Of a DNA stretch of 64,000 nt, positions 41,452 through 50,888 are shown piece by piece; position 1 is the stretch's first letter, and the number at the start of each line of letters is the position of its first letter. The notes beneath the pieces were generated by a model. The model saw only the letters and a list, made by a program, of their open reading frames with translations. It was not told the origin of the DNA and ran no database searches. Made by a program: the position numbers and the translations under genes. Source of the DNA: Gammaproteobacteria bacterium (GTDB taxonomy: Bacteria; Pseudomonadota; Gammaproteobacteria; Ga0077536); contig JADLEV010000072.1 of NCBI GenBank assembly GCA_020845935.1, forward strand, positions 3,336 to 67,335, read 5' to 3'.

Positions 41452-42687
41452 ATGACGGACGAGAGCGCCGCCCGCGCGCCGCGCCGCGCGCTGGCCTTCA
41501 TCATCATCACCGTGGTGATCGATGCGATCGGCATCGGCATCGTCGTGCCCGTATTGCCGCAACTCTTCATCGATCTCACCGGCGCCAGCATCGCGGACGC
41601 GGCGATCTACGGCGGCTGGCTGACCGCGATGTTCGGCGCCGCGCAGTTCATCGCAACGCCAATCCTGGGCAACCTCGGCGATCGCTATGGCCGCCGGCCG
41701 GTGCTGCTGGTGTCGCTGGCGGCGTTCGGCAGCGACTATGTCCTCACCGGTCTGGCGCCAACCATCGCCTGGCTGTTCGTGACGCGGCTGCTGGCCGGCG
41801 TATTTGGCGCCACCTACAGCATCGCCAACGCCTACATCGCCGATATCACCGAGCCGGGCGAACGCGCGCGCTACTTCGGTCTGCTCGGCGCCGCGTTCGG
41901 TTTCGGTTTCATCATCGGCCCGTCGCTCGGCGGCATGCTGGGCGAATTCGGCCCGCGCGTGCCGTTCTTCACCGCCGCCGCGCTGGCGTTGTTGAACGTG
42001 CTGTACGGTTTCTTCTTCCTGCCGGAATCGCTGCCGGCCGCGAACCGCCGGCCGTTCTCGCTGCGGCGCGCCAACCCTCTCGGTGCGCTGTTGCAACTGC
42101 GCCGTCATCCGGAACTGGTCGGCCTGTTCAGCGTGATGTTCCTGTTGCAGATCGCCGGCTCGACGCTGCCCGCGACCTGGCCGTACTACACGATGCTGAA
42201 ACTCGGCTGGGGCTCGGCCGATGTCGGCTATTCGCTGGCGGCCTATGGCCTGCTCAGCATCATCGTCCAGGGCTGGCTGCTCGGGCAGGTGCTGCATCGG
42301 CTTGGCGAGCAACGCACGATCTTCATCGGCCTGGGGTTTTCGATCATCGCCTACCTCGGCTTCGCCCTGGCTGACAGCGGCTTGGCGATGCTGGCCTGGA
42401 TCATCCCGAGCGGGCTTGGCTACCTCGCCGGTCCGGCACTGACCAGCACGATGTCACGGCTGGTGGCACGAGATGCCCAGGGCGAGTTGCATGGCGCGCT
42501 GGCAAGTTCCTACAGTCTGACCTCCGTATTCACGCCGCTGCTGATGACACAGGTCTTCAGCGCCTTTTCCGCGGCCGATGCCCCGCTGCACTTCCCTGGC
42601 GCGCCGTACCTGATGGCGGCCGCGCTCACGGCATTCGGTTTCGTCGGCTTGTTCCTGCTGCTGCGGCGCAGCGCCGCAATACCATAG
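41452..42687 (+). CDS. MFS transporter (DHA1/TetA-like efflux pump)
   Basis: 411 aa, 12 TM; [17 protein letters not shown] motif A. Confidence 0.88.
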   Translation: MTDESAARAPRRALAFIIITVVIDAIGIGIVVPVLPQLFIDLTGASIADAAIYGGWLTAMFGAAQFIATPILGNLGDRYGRRPVLLVSLAAFGSDYVLTGLAPTIAWLFVTRLLAGVFGATYSIANAYIADITEPGERARYFGLLGAAFGFGFIIGPSLGGMLGEFGPRVPFFTAAALALLNVLYGFFFLPESLPAANRRPFSLRRANPLGALLQLRRHPELVGLFSVMFLLQIAGSTLPATWPYYTMLKLGWGSADVGYSLAAYGLLSIIVQGWLLGQVLHRLGEQRTIFIGLGFSIIAYLGFALADSGLAMLAWIIPSGLGYLAGPALTSTMSRLVARDAQGELHGALASSYSLTSVFTPLLMTQVFSAFSAADAPLHFPGAPYLMAAALTAFGFVGLFLLLRRSAAIP

Positions 42688-42800
42688 TTTGCAGGCACGA
42701 TGGCCGTCCCAAGCCGGTCTGCGGTAGGATCCGCGCACCGCGCGCCCGGGCTATCGGATTGGCGCGTGTTTCGTCCACCAGATACAACACGAGGAATTCC

Positions 42801-44474
42801 ATGTCAGACATCGAAATCGCTCAAAAGGCGAAGCTTCTGCCGGTTGTGGAGATCGCCCGCGAGCGCCTGGGCATCGGGGCTGAGCACTTGGTTCCGTTCG
42901 GCCACAACAAGGCCAAGATCTCGCTTGACTACCTGAATAAGCTGCCGGAGAACCCCAACGCCAAACTGATCCTGGTGACGGCGATGACGCCGACACCGGC
43001 TGGCGAAGGCAAGACCACCACCACGGTCGGCCTCGGCGATGCGCTCAACCGCATCGGCAAGAAGACCACGATCTGCCTGCGCGAACCCTCGCTCGGTCCG
43101 GTGTTCGGCATGAAGGGCGGCGCCGCGGGCGGCGGTTACGCCCAGGTTGTGCCGATGGAAGACATCAATCTGCATTTCACCGGAGACTTCAACGCCATCG
43201 CGCTGGCGAACAACCTGCTTGCGGCGATGATCGACAATCACATCCACCACAGCAACGATCTGAAGTTCGATGTCCGCCGCATCGCCTGGAAGCGCGTGGT
43301 CGACATGAACGATCGTGCGCTGCGCGACATCACCGTGTCGCTTGGCGGTCCGGCCAATGGCTTCCCACGGCAGGATGGCTTTGACATCGTCGTTGCCTCC
43401 GAGGTCATGGCGATCCTGTGTCTGTCGACCTCGCTGCGCGACCTGAAGGAGCGGCTCGGCAACATCCTGGTTGGCTACACCCGCGACCAGAAGCCGATCA
43501 CCGCGCGCGATCTGAACGCCCATGGCGCGATGACCGTGCTGCTGAAGGATGCGCTGCAACCGAATCTGGTACAGACGCTGGAGAACAACCCGGCGATCGT
43601 GCATGGCGGCCCGTTCGCCAACATCGCGCATGGCTGCAACTCGGTGATCGCGACCAAGTCGGCGCTGAAACTGTCCGATTACGTCGTCACCGAGGCCGGC
43701 TTCGGCGCAGATCTTGGCGCCGAGAAATTCGTCGATATCAAGTGTCGCAAGGCCGGGTTGCGGCCGCGTGCCGCGGTCGTCGTCGCGACCATCCGCGCAC
43801 TCAAGTTCCATGGCGGCGTGCAACTCGCCGACCTCAACAAGGAGAATCTCGCCGCGGTCGAGAAGGGCCTCGCCAACCTCGAACGCCACGTCAACAACGT
43901 TCGCAATCACTACGGGCTTTCCTGCATCGTCTGCCTCAATGCCTTCACCAGCGACACCGAGGCCGAGATGGCGCTGGTCCAGCGCAAGATGGCGCACCAC
44001 GCCGCGCCGGTCGTCGTGTCGAGGCATTGGGCCAATGGCAGTGCCGGTGCCGAGGACCTGGCGCGCACCGTCGTTGACGTCGTCGAGAATCAGCCGTCCG
44101 ACCTGAACTTCGTCTACCAGGACAGCGACACGCTGTGGCAGAAGATCGAAGCGGTCGCGAAGAAAATCTATGGTGCCGCAGCGATCACCGCCGACGTCAA
44201 GGTGCGCAAGCAATTGCAGCAATTGCAGGACAGCGGCTATGGCCACTATCCGATCTGCATCGCCAAGACGCAGTACTCGTTTTCGACCGATGCCGGCCTG
44301 CGCGGCGCGCCGAGCGGCCATGACGTGAACATTCGCGAGATCCGCGTCTCGGCTGGCGCCGAATTCATCGTCGTGATCTGCGGCGACATCATGACCATGC
44401 CGGGCCTGCCGAAGCAGCCGGCTGCGACCAGCATCGACATCGACGACGACGGCAAGGTCGTCGGCTTGTTCTGA
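42801..44474 (+). CDS. fhs: formate--tetrahydrofolate ligase
   Basis: [25 protein letters not shown]...[16 protein letters not shown]...; GAGGA RBS before the ATG at 42801. Confidence 0.95.
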   Translation: MSDIEIAQKAKLLPVVEIARERLGIGAEHLVPFGHNKAKISLDYLNKLPENPNAKLILVTAMTPTPAGEGKTTTTVGLGDALNRIGKKTTICLREPSLGPVFGMKGGAAGGGYAQVVPMEDINLHFTGDFNAIALANNLLAAMIDNHIHHSNDLKFDVRRIAWKRVVDMNDRALRDITVSLGGPANGFPRQDGFDIVVASEVMAILCLSTSLRDLKERLGNILVGYTRDQKPITARDLNAHGAMTVLLKDALQPNLVQTLENNPAIVHGGPFANIAHGCNSVIATKSALKLSDYVVTEAGFGADLGAEKFVDIKCRKAGLRPRAAVVVATIRALKFHGGVQLADLNKENLAAVEKGLANLERHVNNVRNHYGLSCIVCLNAFTSDTEAEMALVQRKMAHHAAPVVVSRHWANGSAGAEDLARTVVDVVENQPSDLNFVYQDSDTLWQKIEAVAKKIYGAAAITADVKVRKQLQQLQDSGYGHYPICIAKTQYSFSTDAGLRGAPSGHDVNIREIRVSAGAEFIVVICGDIMTMPGLPKQPAATSIDIDDDGKVVGLF

Positions 44475-44481
44475 GCAAGCT

Positions 44482-44514
44482 CTGCACAAGTCCGTCCTGG
44501 ACTTGTGCAGTTTC
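44482..44514 (+). terminator. stem-loop terminator after fhs
   Basis: CTGCACAAGTCC-GTCCT-GGACTTGTGCAG followed by TTT. A second 10-bp hairpin (CCCGGTCCGG..CCGGACCGGG) follows at about 44516-44542. Confidence 0.5.
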
Positions 44515-44733
44515 GCCCGGTCCGGCACCTGCCCGGACCGGGCTCCTCCTCTCGGTCGTTCAGCGCCAGCCCATTCCCCGCCATTCTTCGGTCCACGCGG
44601 CTCGGGCCAGCGAGCGGATTGGCGACCGCTAGATAGCCGGTGCGTGTTGCGGGCTAGAATAGCGTTCGGCTGGGAACACGGTGCTGCCGTGTTCGGAACT
44701 GATCGGATAACGGCTCTTGGGGGGCAAGCACTT

Positions 44734-45675
44734 ATGAAGATCGGCATGATCGGCGCCGGCGCGTTCGGCAAGAAACACCTCGACGCCCTGGCGCGGATAC
44801 CGGATGTTGAAGTCAGTCTGCTGGTTGGCCACGACGCGGCGGCAACTCGTGAGGTCGCGCAGAAATACGGCATCGCCACCGCACTGATTGATTACCACGA
44901 GGCATTACGGCAACCCATCGATGGGGTGATCCTGACGACACCGACGCAGTTGCACGCGACCCAGGCGATCCAGGCGCTGCGTGCCGGCAAGCACGTCGAA
45001 ATCGAGATCCCGATTGCCGATACGCTGGCCGACGCCGAGCGCATCGACGCCGTGCAGCGCGAGACCGGGCTGGTGGCGATGGCCGGGCACACGCGGCGCT
45101 TCAACCCGAGCCATCAGTGGATCCACAACCGGATCCGTGCCGGCGAATTGAAGTTGCAGCATCTGGTCGTGCAAACCTTCTTCGTCCGCCGCACCAACAT
45201 GAATGCCGAAGGCAAGCCGCGCAGTTGGACCGATCACCTGCTGTGGCATCACGCCTGTCACACGATCGATCTGTTTCAGTACCAGACCGGCGAGGTCGCC
45301 ACCGAGGTACACGCCCTGCAAGGGCCGCGGCATCCGGAGCTGGGCATCGCGATGGACATGAGCATCGGCCTGAAGGTGCCCTCCGGGGCCATCTGCACGC
45401 TGGCGCTGTCGTTCAACAACAACGGCCCGCTCGGCACCTTCTTCCGCTATATCTGCGACAACGGCACCTACCTCGCCCGCTACGACGACCTGGTCGACGG
45501 CAACGAAAAACCGATCGACGTGTCACAGGTCGCCGTTTCTCGGGACGGCATCGAGTTGCAGGATCGCGAGTTCATCGCCGCCATCCGGGAGCGGCGCGAG
45601 CCCAACGCCAGTGTCGCGCAGGTGCTGCCCGCGATGCGGACGCTGGATCGGCTGGAGCGTTGTCTGGAACACTGA
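44734..45675 (+). CDS. Gfo/Idh/MocA family oxidoreductase
   Basis: MKIGMIGAGAFGKKHLDALARIPDVEV... Rossmann N-terminus; 313 aa from the ATG at 44734. Confidence 0.85.
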   Translation: MKIGMIGAGAFGKKHLDALARIPDVEVSLLVGHDAAATREVAQKYGIATALIDYHEALRQPIDGVILTTPTQLHATQAIQALRAGKHVEIEIPIADTLADAERIDAVQRETGLVAMAGHTRRFNPSHQWIHNRIRAGELKLQHLVVQTFFVRRTNMNAEGKPRSWTDHLLWHHACHTIDLFQYQTGEVATEVHALQGPRHPELGIAMDMSIGLKVPSGAICTLALSFNNNGPLGTFFRYICDNGTYLARYDDLVDGNEKPIDVSQVAVSRDGIELQDREFIAAIRERREPNASVAQVLPAMRTLDRLERCLEH

Positions 45676-45694
45676 GTTCAACCGGCTCGCTGCC

Positions 45695-47299
45695 ATGAAC
45701 GAACCGCAGCTCGCCGGCGCAGCACCATCGCCTTGGCAACCGCTGCGCATCCGGACCTTCCGGTTCCTCTGGCTCGCCACGCTCGTCTCCAACATCGGCA
45801 GTTGGATGCACGACATCGGCGCCGGCTGGCTGATGGCGTCACTGACCGAGTCGCCGGCCCGGGTCGCGCTGGTGCAGAGCGCGATGAGCTTTCCGGTGTT
45901 CCTGCTGGCGATGCCGGCCGGCGCGCTCGCGGACATCCTCGATCGGCGGCGTTACCTGATTGGGGTCGTATCGTGGATGGCCACCGTCACACTGCTGCTG
46001 GCGGTGCTGACGATCACCGGCGTCACCAATGAATGGACCCTGCTGGCGTTGACCTTTGGTCTCGGCATCGGCACCTCAATGATGATGCCGGCCTGGGCCG
46101 CGGTGACGCCCGAGGTCGTACCGCGCGAGCAACTGCATCTCGCCATCGCGCTGAACACGATGGGCATGAACATCGCCCGCGCCATCGGTCCGGCGCTGGC
46201 CGGGATCATCGTCGCCAGCGCCGGTTCCGGTGCGGTGTTCGTGCTGAACGGTTTGTCGTTCCTCGCGGTCATCGGCGCGCTGCTCTGCTGGCGGCGCGAA
46301 CCGCGCGCCAGCAGACTGCCCGCGGAAGGCTTTCTGGCTGCATTGCGTACCGGCGCCCGCTTCGTCCGCCACGCCTCGGCGCTGCACGCGGCGCTGGTCC
46401 GCGGCATCAGCTTCTTCCTGTTTGCCAGCGCGATGTGGGCCTTGCTGCCGGTCATTGCACGCGATCTGTTGCACGGCGGGCCCCGGCTGTACGGGCTCCT
46501 GCTCGCCACCGTCGGCGGCGGCGCCGTGATCGGCGCCTTCGTGCTGCCGCGGCTGCGCGCGAGCCATACCAACGATTGGCTGGTGACGCGCGCCGCGCTG
46601 CTGTACGCCGTTGGTCTGTTCGTCATTGGCTATGTGCGGCAACTGGTCCCGGCCCTGCTGAGCTTTGCCTGTTGCGGCATGGCCTGGATCACGATCGTGT
46701 CGTCGATTCAGACCGCGGCGCAGCTGGCGCTGCCCGACTGGGTCCGCTCGCGCGGCATCGCCATGCTGGTGATGTCGCTGATGGGTTCGCTTGCGATTGG
46801 CAGTGTGCTGTGGGGCCACGTCGCGGAATGGTTCGACATTCCCATGGCCCTGCTGAGCGCCGCGGCTTGCATCGTGCTGGCGCAACTGCTGACGCGGCGC
46901 TACCGCCTCAGCCACGGCGACAAGAGCGACCTGACGCCATCGCGCCATTGGCGCCTGCCGGAGGTTCGTCCCGAGGTCACGCACGAGCGCGGGCCGGTGA
47001 TGATCCTGATCCACTATCGGGTCGCACCGGGCCGCGAAGCTGAGTTCGCCGGGGCCGTGCGCGAACTCGGGGTCAGCCGCCGGCGCGACGGCGCCTTTGC
47101 CTGGGACCTGATGGAAAGTGCGGTCGAGCCGAACTACTTCATCGAGTATTACCAGGTCGTTTCCTGGCTGGAACATCTGCGCCAGCACGAGCGCGTCACC
47201 GAAAGCGATCGGGCGTTACAGCAACGGATCAAGAGCGATCTCGCGCCGGATACCCTCCCCCTCGTCACGCATTTCGTGCGCTGTCCGGAGTCGAGCTGA
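45695..47299 (+). CDS. MFS transporter (EntS/MFS_3-like) with a C-terminal soluble extension of about 100 aa
   Basis: FRFLWLATLVSNIGSWMHDIGAGWLM... followed by 12 TM. The tail VMILIHYRVAPGREAEFAGAVRELGVSRRRDGAFAWDLMESAVEPNYFIEYYQVVSWLEHLRQHERVT looks like an ABM/ferredoxin fold. Confidence 0.8.
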   Translation: MNEPQLAGAAPSPWQPLRIRTFRFLWLATLVSNIGSWMHDIGAGWLMASLTESPARVALVQSAMSFPVFLLAMPAGALADILDRRRYLIGVVSWMATVTLLLAVLTITGVTNEWTLLALTFGLGIGTSMMMPAWAAVTPEVVPREQLHLAIALNTMGMNIARAIGPALAGIIVASAGSGAVFVLNGLSFLAVIGALLCWRREPRASRLPAEGFLAALRTGARFVRHASALHAALVRGISFFLFASAMWALLPVIARDLLHGGPRLYGLLLATVGGGAVIGAFVLPRLRASHTNDWLVTRAALLYAVGLFVIGYVRQLVPALLSFACCGMAWITIVSSIQTAAQLALPDWVRSRGIAMLVMSLMGSLAIGSVLWGHVAEWFDIPMALLSAAACIVLAQLLTRRYRLSHGDKSDLTPSRHWRLPEVRPEVTHERGPVMILIHYRVAPGREAEFAGAVRELGVSRRRDGAFAWDLMESAVEPNYFIEYYQVVSWLEHLRQHERVTESDRALQQRIKSDLAPDTLPLVTHFVRCPESS

Positions 47300-47372
47300 T
47301 CCGCTTGCTGTGGCGCCGGCGCCGATGGGGCCGGGACCGGCCGTCCGCCAAACCGCGGTTTGATTGCCGCAA

Positions 47373-47663
47373 TCAGCCGAATTTGTACGAGACGCCGAAG
47401 CCGCCGCGCGGGTAATCCCAGATCACGTTGCCATGCCCGGCGCAGATGATCCGACAACTGCCACATTCGAGGCAACCTTCGGTCGAAAGCTCGACCGAGC
47501 CATCGAACTGCACGCGATAACAGGCGGCGGGACAGACATGTGTGCATTCCTTGCCGGCGCAACGTTCGCGGCAATAGGCCGGATCGCGGATCGTCACGTG
47601 CGGCCGGCCGGCATCGACGCGATAGCGATTCTGAAATAGCTTCTCTTCGATCTGCGCGTACAT
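47373..47663 (-). CDS. FixX/YdiT-like ferredoxin-like protein
   Basis: 96 aa from the ATG at 47663: MYAQIEEKLFQNRYRVDAGRPHVTI...CTHVCPAACY...CLECGSCRIIC...WDYPRGGFGVSYKFG. Confidence 0.7.
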   Translation of the reverse strand: MYAQIEEKLFQNRYRVDAGRPHVTIRDPAYCRERCAGKECTHVCPAACYRVQFDGSVELSTEGCLECGSCRIICAGHGNVIWDYPRGGFGVSYKFG

Positions 47664-47855
47664 GGCCAGTTCCTCGTCCGGTGTTAGACCAGCGGTGGGT
47701 GATAGTGGTATCGCGATGCCACATTTGCAGCGTAATCGCCGCACCTGCCCCGGTCAAGCCGGTACGACCGCAAACATCTGTCGTGCCCGAGCCCCCGAGC
47801 TACGGGCGATATACTCACCGCGAACATTCTCCGCCAATGTGAAAAGGAGCGAATC

Positions 47856-48428
47856 ATGAACAACTGCGCGCGCAGCACCCTGCTGTTCATACTCTGCGGC
47901 AGCGTTTTGCTGCTGGCTGCCTGTGGCGGAGAGGCACCGGACCAGAGCAATACTCCGGCGACACCTGTGCCGGCCGACCGCCAGGCTGAGACGACGGTGG
48001 CAGCTGCCCCGGAGCGGCTCGACATCTGCCACTTGCTGACGCCTGAACAGGTCGCCTCGGTGCTGCCGGACCATGACGGCGGCAGCGTCACCCAGGCCGG
48101 TAGCTCGCTGCTTGCCGGTATCGACACCTGGCAGTGCTCGTACACCGCGCAGCACGATGAAGACGTCGATCTGCTGACCGGCATCGTCACGGTCGCGCCG
48201 AACGACGAACTGTTCAAACAGATCGAACCGACCGGCTTCGCCTATGACGAGGACCAGCAAGTCTCGGTCGGCGATCGCGGCTGGATTGATGACGGCGAGG
48301 AAGACGACCTCCACGTTCAAGCCGTCAAGGGCCGCGCCGTTATCGATCTCGAACTGTTGGCAACCGGGGCACAAACCCGGCGCGATGCCCTGCTGCAACT
48401 GGCACGCGAAATCGCCAGCCAACTTTAG
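47856..48428 (+). CDS. hypothetical lipoprotein
   Basis: Lipobox VLLLAAC|GG, an acidic mature protein and a strong RBS (AAAGGAG). Confidence 0.7.
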   Translation: MNNCARSTLLFILCGSVLLLAACGGEAPDQSNTPATPVPADRQAETTVAAAPERLDICHLLTPEQVASVLPDHDGGSVTQAGSSLLAGIDTWQCSYTAQHDEDVDLLTGIVTVAPNDELFKQIEPTGFAYDEDQQVSVGDRGWIDDGEEDDLHVQAVKGRAVIDLELLATGAQTRRDALLQLAREIASQL

Positions 48429-48434
48429 GAGCCG

Positions 48435-49586
48435 ATGCGCGCACTTATCCTGTTCCTGGCGCTGATCGCCACCGCGCTCGGTGCGCGCTGGTATCTCGAA
48501 CACCCGGAACTCTGGCCGCGCGCGCCGGAGCGAGTGCCCGTGGTCACCAACGCGCTGGTCGACCCGCCCGCGAGCGCCGAAGAGCCGGAGGTCGCAGCGT
48601 CGCCCATCCTCGTCGAAACACCTTTGGCGACACCGCCACAGAGCGAGTTCGTATTCGATCGTCCCTGCCGCGCACCGCCGACTGCGCCGATCCGACAGCG
48701 CCGCACGACTACGATTCATCGCTGGGTAGACGAACGCGGCCAAGTGCACTTCGCCGACCGTGCGCCGCGCGCGGCTGGCGCGACCATGTATGACGCGCAA
48801 GTCGAACCGACCACCGAATACTTTTCGCTGGACATCCAATATCTCGGCCAGCGCACGGTGCCGTTTCTCAAGGATCGTCTGCGCGCCGAAGTCAGCCGCA
48901 TTTATCAATACCTCGCCGATCTGCTCGGGCCGGCGCGGCTGCGTCAGATCGAGCTGAACGTGCGCATCTTCGACACGCGCGAGAACTATCTTGTCTATGC
49001 GACCAGCGTGTCGCCGCGACTCGCGACCACGGGCGGATTTTATTCACACGAACGCAATGAAGCCGTGACCTGGCGTCACGCCAGCGACGCGGCAACACTC
49101 GATGTCATCCGCCATGAAGCCATCCACGTCATTGCCGCAGGACTGCTCGGCGGCGTGCCGATCTGGCTGAACGAAGGCCTGGCCGAATACTTCGAGGCGC
49201 TCGACATGGAGGGCATGCAGGCGCGGGTACCGCCGCAAGCGACGTGGCTGGCATTGGCCCGCAAGGCTGCGGCGAACCAATACCCCGCCGATCTGCGCGA
49301 CTTCCTCGAACTGTCCGCGCCGGAGTGGTACGACCCCGCAGCGCAGCAGGTCCATTACGCGGTCGGTTGGAGCCTGGTGTATTTCCTGCTCGACACCGAG
49401 CCCGGCCGCGCGGCACTCACCGGCTATCTCGCCGAACTCGCGGACAACTACTGCGCCCCGGTAGATCAACTGGCGTGGTTCGAATTCGCCTATCCGAACG
49501 GCCTCTCCGGCCTCGCCGCGGACTATCGTGCATGGCTCGCTGGGACACGCCCCGCGGCGCGTTACACTCACACGCACTTCCTGTAA
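48435..49586 (+). CDS. DUF4124 plus MA-clan (DUF1570-like) putative metallopeptidase
   Basis: N-terminal TM or signal. IHRWVDERGQVHFADRAP is DUF4124-like. HEAIH (HExxH) is followed by NEGLAEYFE. Confidence 0.65.
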   Translation: MRALILFLALIATALGARWYLEHPELWPRAPERVPVVTNALVDPPASAEEPEVAASPILVETPLATPPQSEFVFDRPCRAPPTAPIRQRRTTTIHRWVDERGQVHFADRAPRAAGATMYDAQVEPTTEYFSLDIQYLGQRTVPFLKDRLRAEVSRIYQYLADLLGPARLRQIELNVRIFDTRENYLVYATSVSPRLATTGGFYSHERNEAVTWRHASDAATLDVIRHEAIHVIAAGLLGGVPIWLNEGLAEYFEALDMEGMQARVPPQATWLALARKAAANQYPADLRDFLELSAPEWYDPAAQQVHYAVGWSLVYFLLDTEPGRAALTGYLAELADNYCAPVDQLAWFEFAYPNGLSGLAADYRAWLAGTRPAARYTHTHFL

Positions 49587-49609
49587 GGAGGTATTTACAT
49601 TGCGGGAAT

Positions 49610-49685
49610 TGGTGGGCCCCGTCGGAATCGAACCGACAACCAACGGATTAAGAGTCCGCTGCTCTACCAATTGAGCTAGAGGCCC
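49610..49685 (-). tRNA. tRNA-Lys (anticodon CTT)
   Basis: The reverse complement is GGGCCTCTAGCTCAATTGGTAGAGCAGCGGACTCTTAATCCGTTGGTTGTCGGTTCGATTCCGACGGGGCCCACCA. Confidence 0.92.
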
Positions 49686-49718
49686 ATCGTGATCCGGCAG
49701 GCTTGCCGGTGCAGGGGA

Positions 49719-49795
49719 TGGGGTGAGCGATGGGGATCGAACCCACGACCACAGGAGCCACAATCCTGCGCTCTACCAACTGAGCTACGCCCACC
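49719..49795 (-). tRNA. tRNA-His (anticodon GTG, with G-1)
   Basis: The reverse complement is GGTGGGCGTAGCTCAGTTGGTAGAGCGCAGGATTGTGGCTCCTGTGGTCGTGGGTTCGATCCCCATCGCTCACCCCA. Confidence 0.92.
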
Positions 49796-49938
49796 ACTGC
49801 ATTGACTTCGCGTTGCCGCCGCCGCGTCCGCGGCCCGTCGGCAATGGGCGGCTATTCTACCCGCGACCCGCACCGCAACACCACACTCACTCACACCGCG
49901 GAATCGAACTGTCCTGGGCACGACGCGGGCAGAAGCAT

Positions 49939-50015
49939 TGGTGCGCCCGGCAGGACTCGAACCTGCAACCCTCGGCTTAGAAGGCCGATGCTCTGTCCGG
50001 TTGAGCTACGGGCGC
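49939..50015 (-). tRNA. tRNA-Arg (anticodon TCT)
   Basis: The reverse complement is GCGCCCGTAGCTCAACCGGACAGAGCATCGGCCTTCTAAGCCGAGGGTTGCAGGTTCGAGTCCTGCCGGGCGCACCA. Confidence 0.92.
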
Positions 50016-50071
50016 ATACCGGTACGCGCATCGGGAACCTCGCCGCCGCGGCCATGCCGATTGCGAAGAGG

Positions 50072-50148
<77 letters not shown>

Positions 50149-50174
50149 AATGTGACCCGACGCGGCGGGGGGCG

Positions 50175-50203
50175 ATGATACGCGCCACCAGGGACCGGCG
50201 CAA
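50175..50203 (-). promoter_or_regulatory. candidate promoter of the Pro-Arg-His-Lys tRNA operon
   Basis: Minus strand reads TTGCGC-N17-TATCAT followed by a GC-rich discriminator (CGCCCCCCGCC). The -10 element (50175-50180) lies 27 nt upstream of the tRNA-Pro 5' end (50148). Confidence 0.45.
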
Positions 50204-50260
50204 TTCAGGTTTGCCGGTCCCGCAATTGCCGTTAAGATGCGGTGCATTCCCTAGATTCTA

Positions 50261-50884
50261 TTGCCAATGCTCAACGATCAGAACCAGCCGCCGCGCCACG
50301 CCGCTCGTCGCATCCGGCCTCGACTCTGGTATGTGCTCGCCGCATTGCTGCTCACCAGCCTGCCGGCACTTGCGGCGCAACCGCGCGCGCGGATCGAAAC
50401 GACGCTCGGCGTCATGGTCATCGAATTGTTCGCCGACCAGGCGCCTGCGACCGTCGCCAATTTCAGCCGCTACGCGCATCGCGGTTTCTACGACGACACC
50501 CTGTTCCACCGCGTGCTGGCCGAGGCCGTGATCCAGGGCGGCGGCTACCGCGAGGACTACTCGGAGAAACCGACCGAGCCGCCGATCATCAATGAAGCCG
50601 ACAATGGCTTAAGCAACGTGCGTGGCACGCTGGCGATGGCACGCACACCCGATCCGCACAGCGCCACCGCGCAGTTCTTCATCAATCTCGCTGACAACAC
50701 TCCGTACGATCACCGTGGCAAGGACGCGCGCAGCTTTGGCTACTGCGTGTTCGGCCGCGTCATCGAGGGCATGGAGGTGGCCGACGCCATTGGCAAGGTC
50801 AAGGTCCAGGCCCGCGCGGGTTTCGACAACAACGTGCCGGTCGAACCGGTCGTCATCACGCGGCTGCGGCTGCTGAAGGAATGA
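50261..50884 (+). CDS. ppiA: periplasmic peptidyl-prolyl cis-trans isomerase (cyclophilin A type)
   Basis: Signal peptide (LWYVLAALLLTSLPALAA) plus a cyclophilin core (FHRV...GGGY, GTLAMAR..DPHSATAQFFINL). Confidence 0.9.
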   Translation: MPMLNDQNQPPRHAARRIRPRLWYVLAALLLTSLPALAAQPRARIETTLGVMVIELFADQAPATVANFSRYAHRGFYDDTLFHRVLAEAVIQGGGYREDYSEKPTEPPIINEADNGLSNVRGTLAMARTPDPHSATAQFFINLADNTPYDHRGKDARSFGYCVFGRVIEGMEVADAIGKVKVQARAGFDNNVPVEPVVITRLRLLKE

Positions 50885-50888
50885 ATTC

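Noticed and set aside
42688-42800. Possible ZTP (pfl) or THF riboswitch upstream of fhs
   Set aside because: fhs is a known ZTP-riboswitch target and the leader contains CCGGGC and GATTGGCG-like strings. However, they occur in the wrong order, and the conserved 3' CCGCCUGGGC element is absent. A covariance-model scan would settle it.
42804-44879. 691-aa ORF on the minus strand
   Set aside because: It is antisense to fhs and to the 5' end of the Gfo/Idh/MocA gene. It has low-complexity Arg/Asp/Ala composition and is a shadow ORF.
47347-47375. CAAACCGCGGTTTG and GATTGCcGCAATC short palindromes at the MFS / fixX-like convergent junction, with a loose resemblance to the arm of the 38.2-kb palindrome
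   Set aside because: The stems are too short and lack loops or T-runs, so they are not terminators. The similarity to the marR operator is limited to ATTGCCG/CCGAAT and is probably chance.
49890-49920. tRNA T-arm-like string (GCGGAATCGAACT) in the 143-nt spacer between tRNA-His and tRNA-Arg, considered as a degenerate tRNA or att-site remnant
   Set aside because: The flanking bases do not form a T-stem or an acceptor stem. It lies upstream, not downstream, of the tRNA-Lys 3' end, so it does not fit an integration scar.
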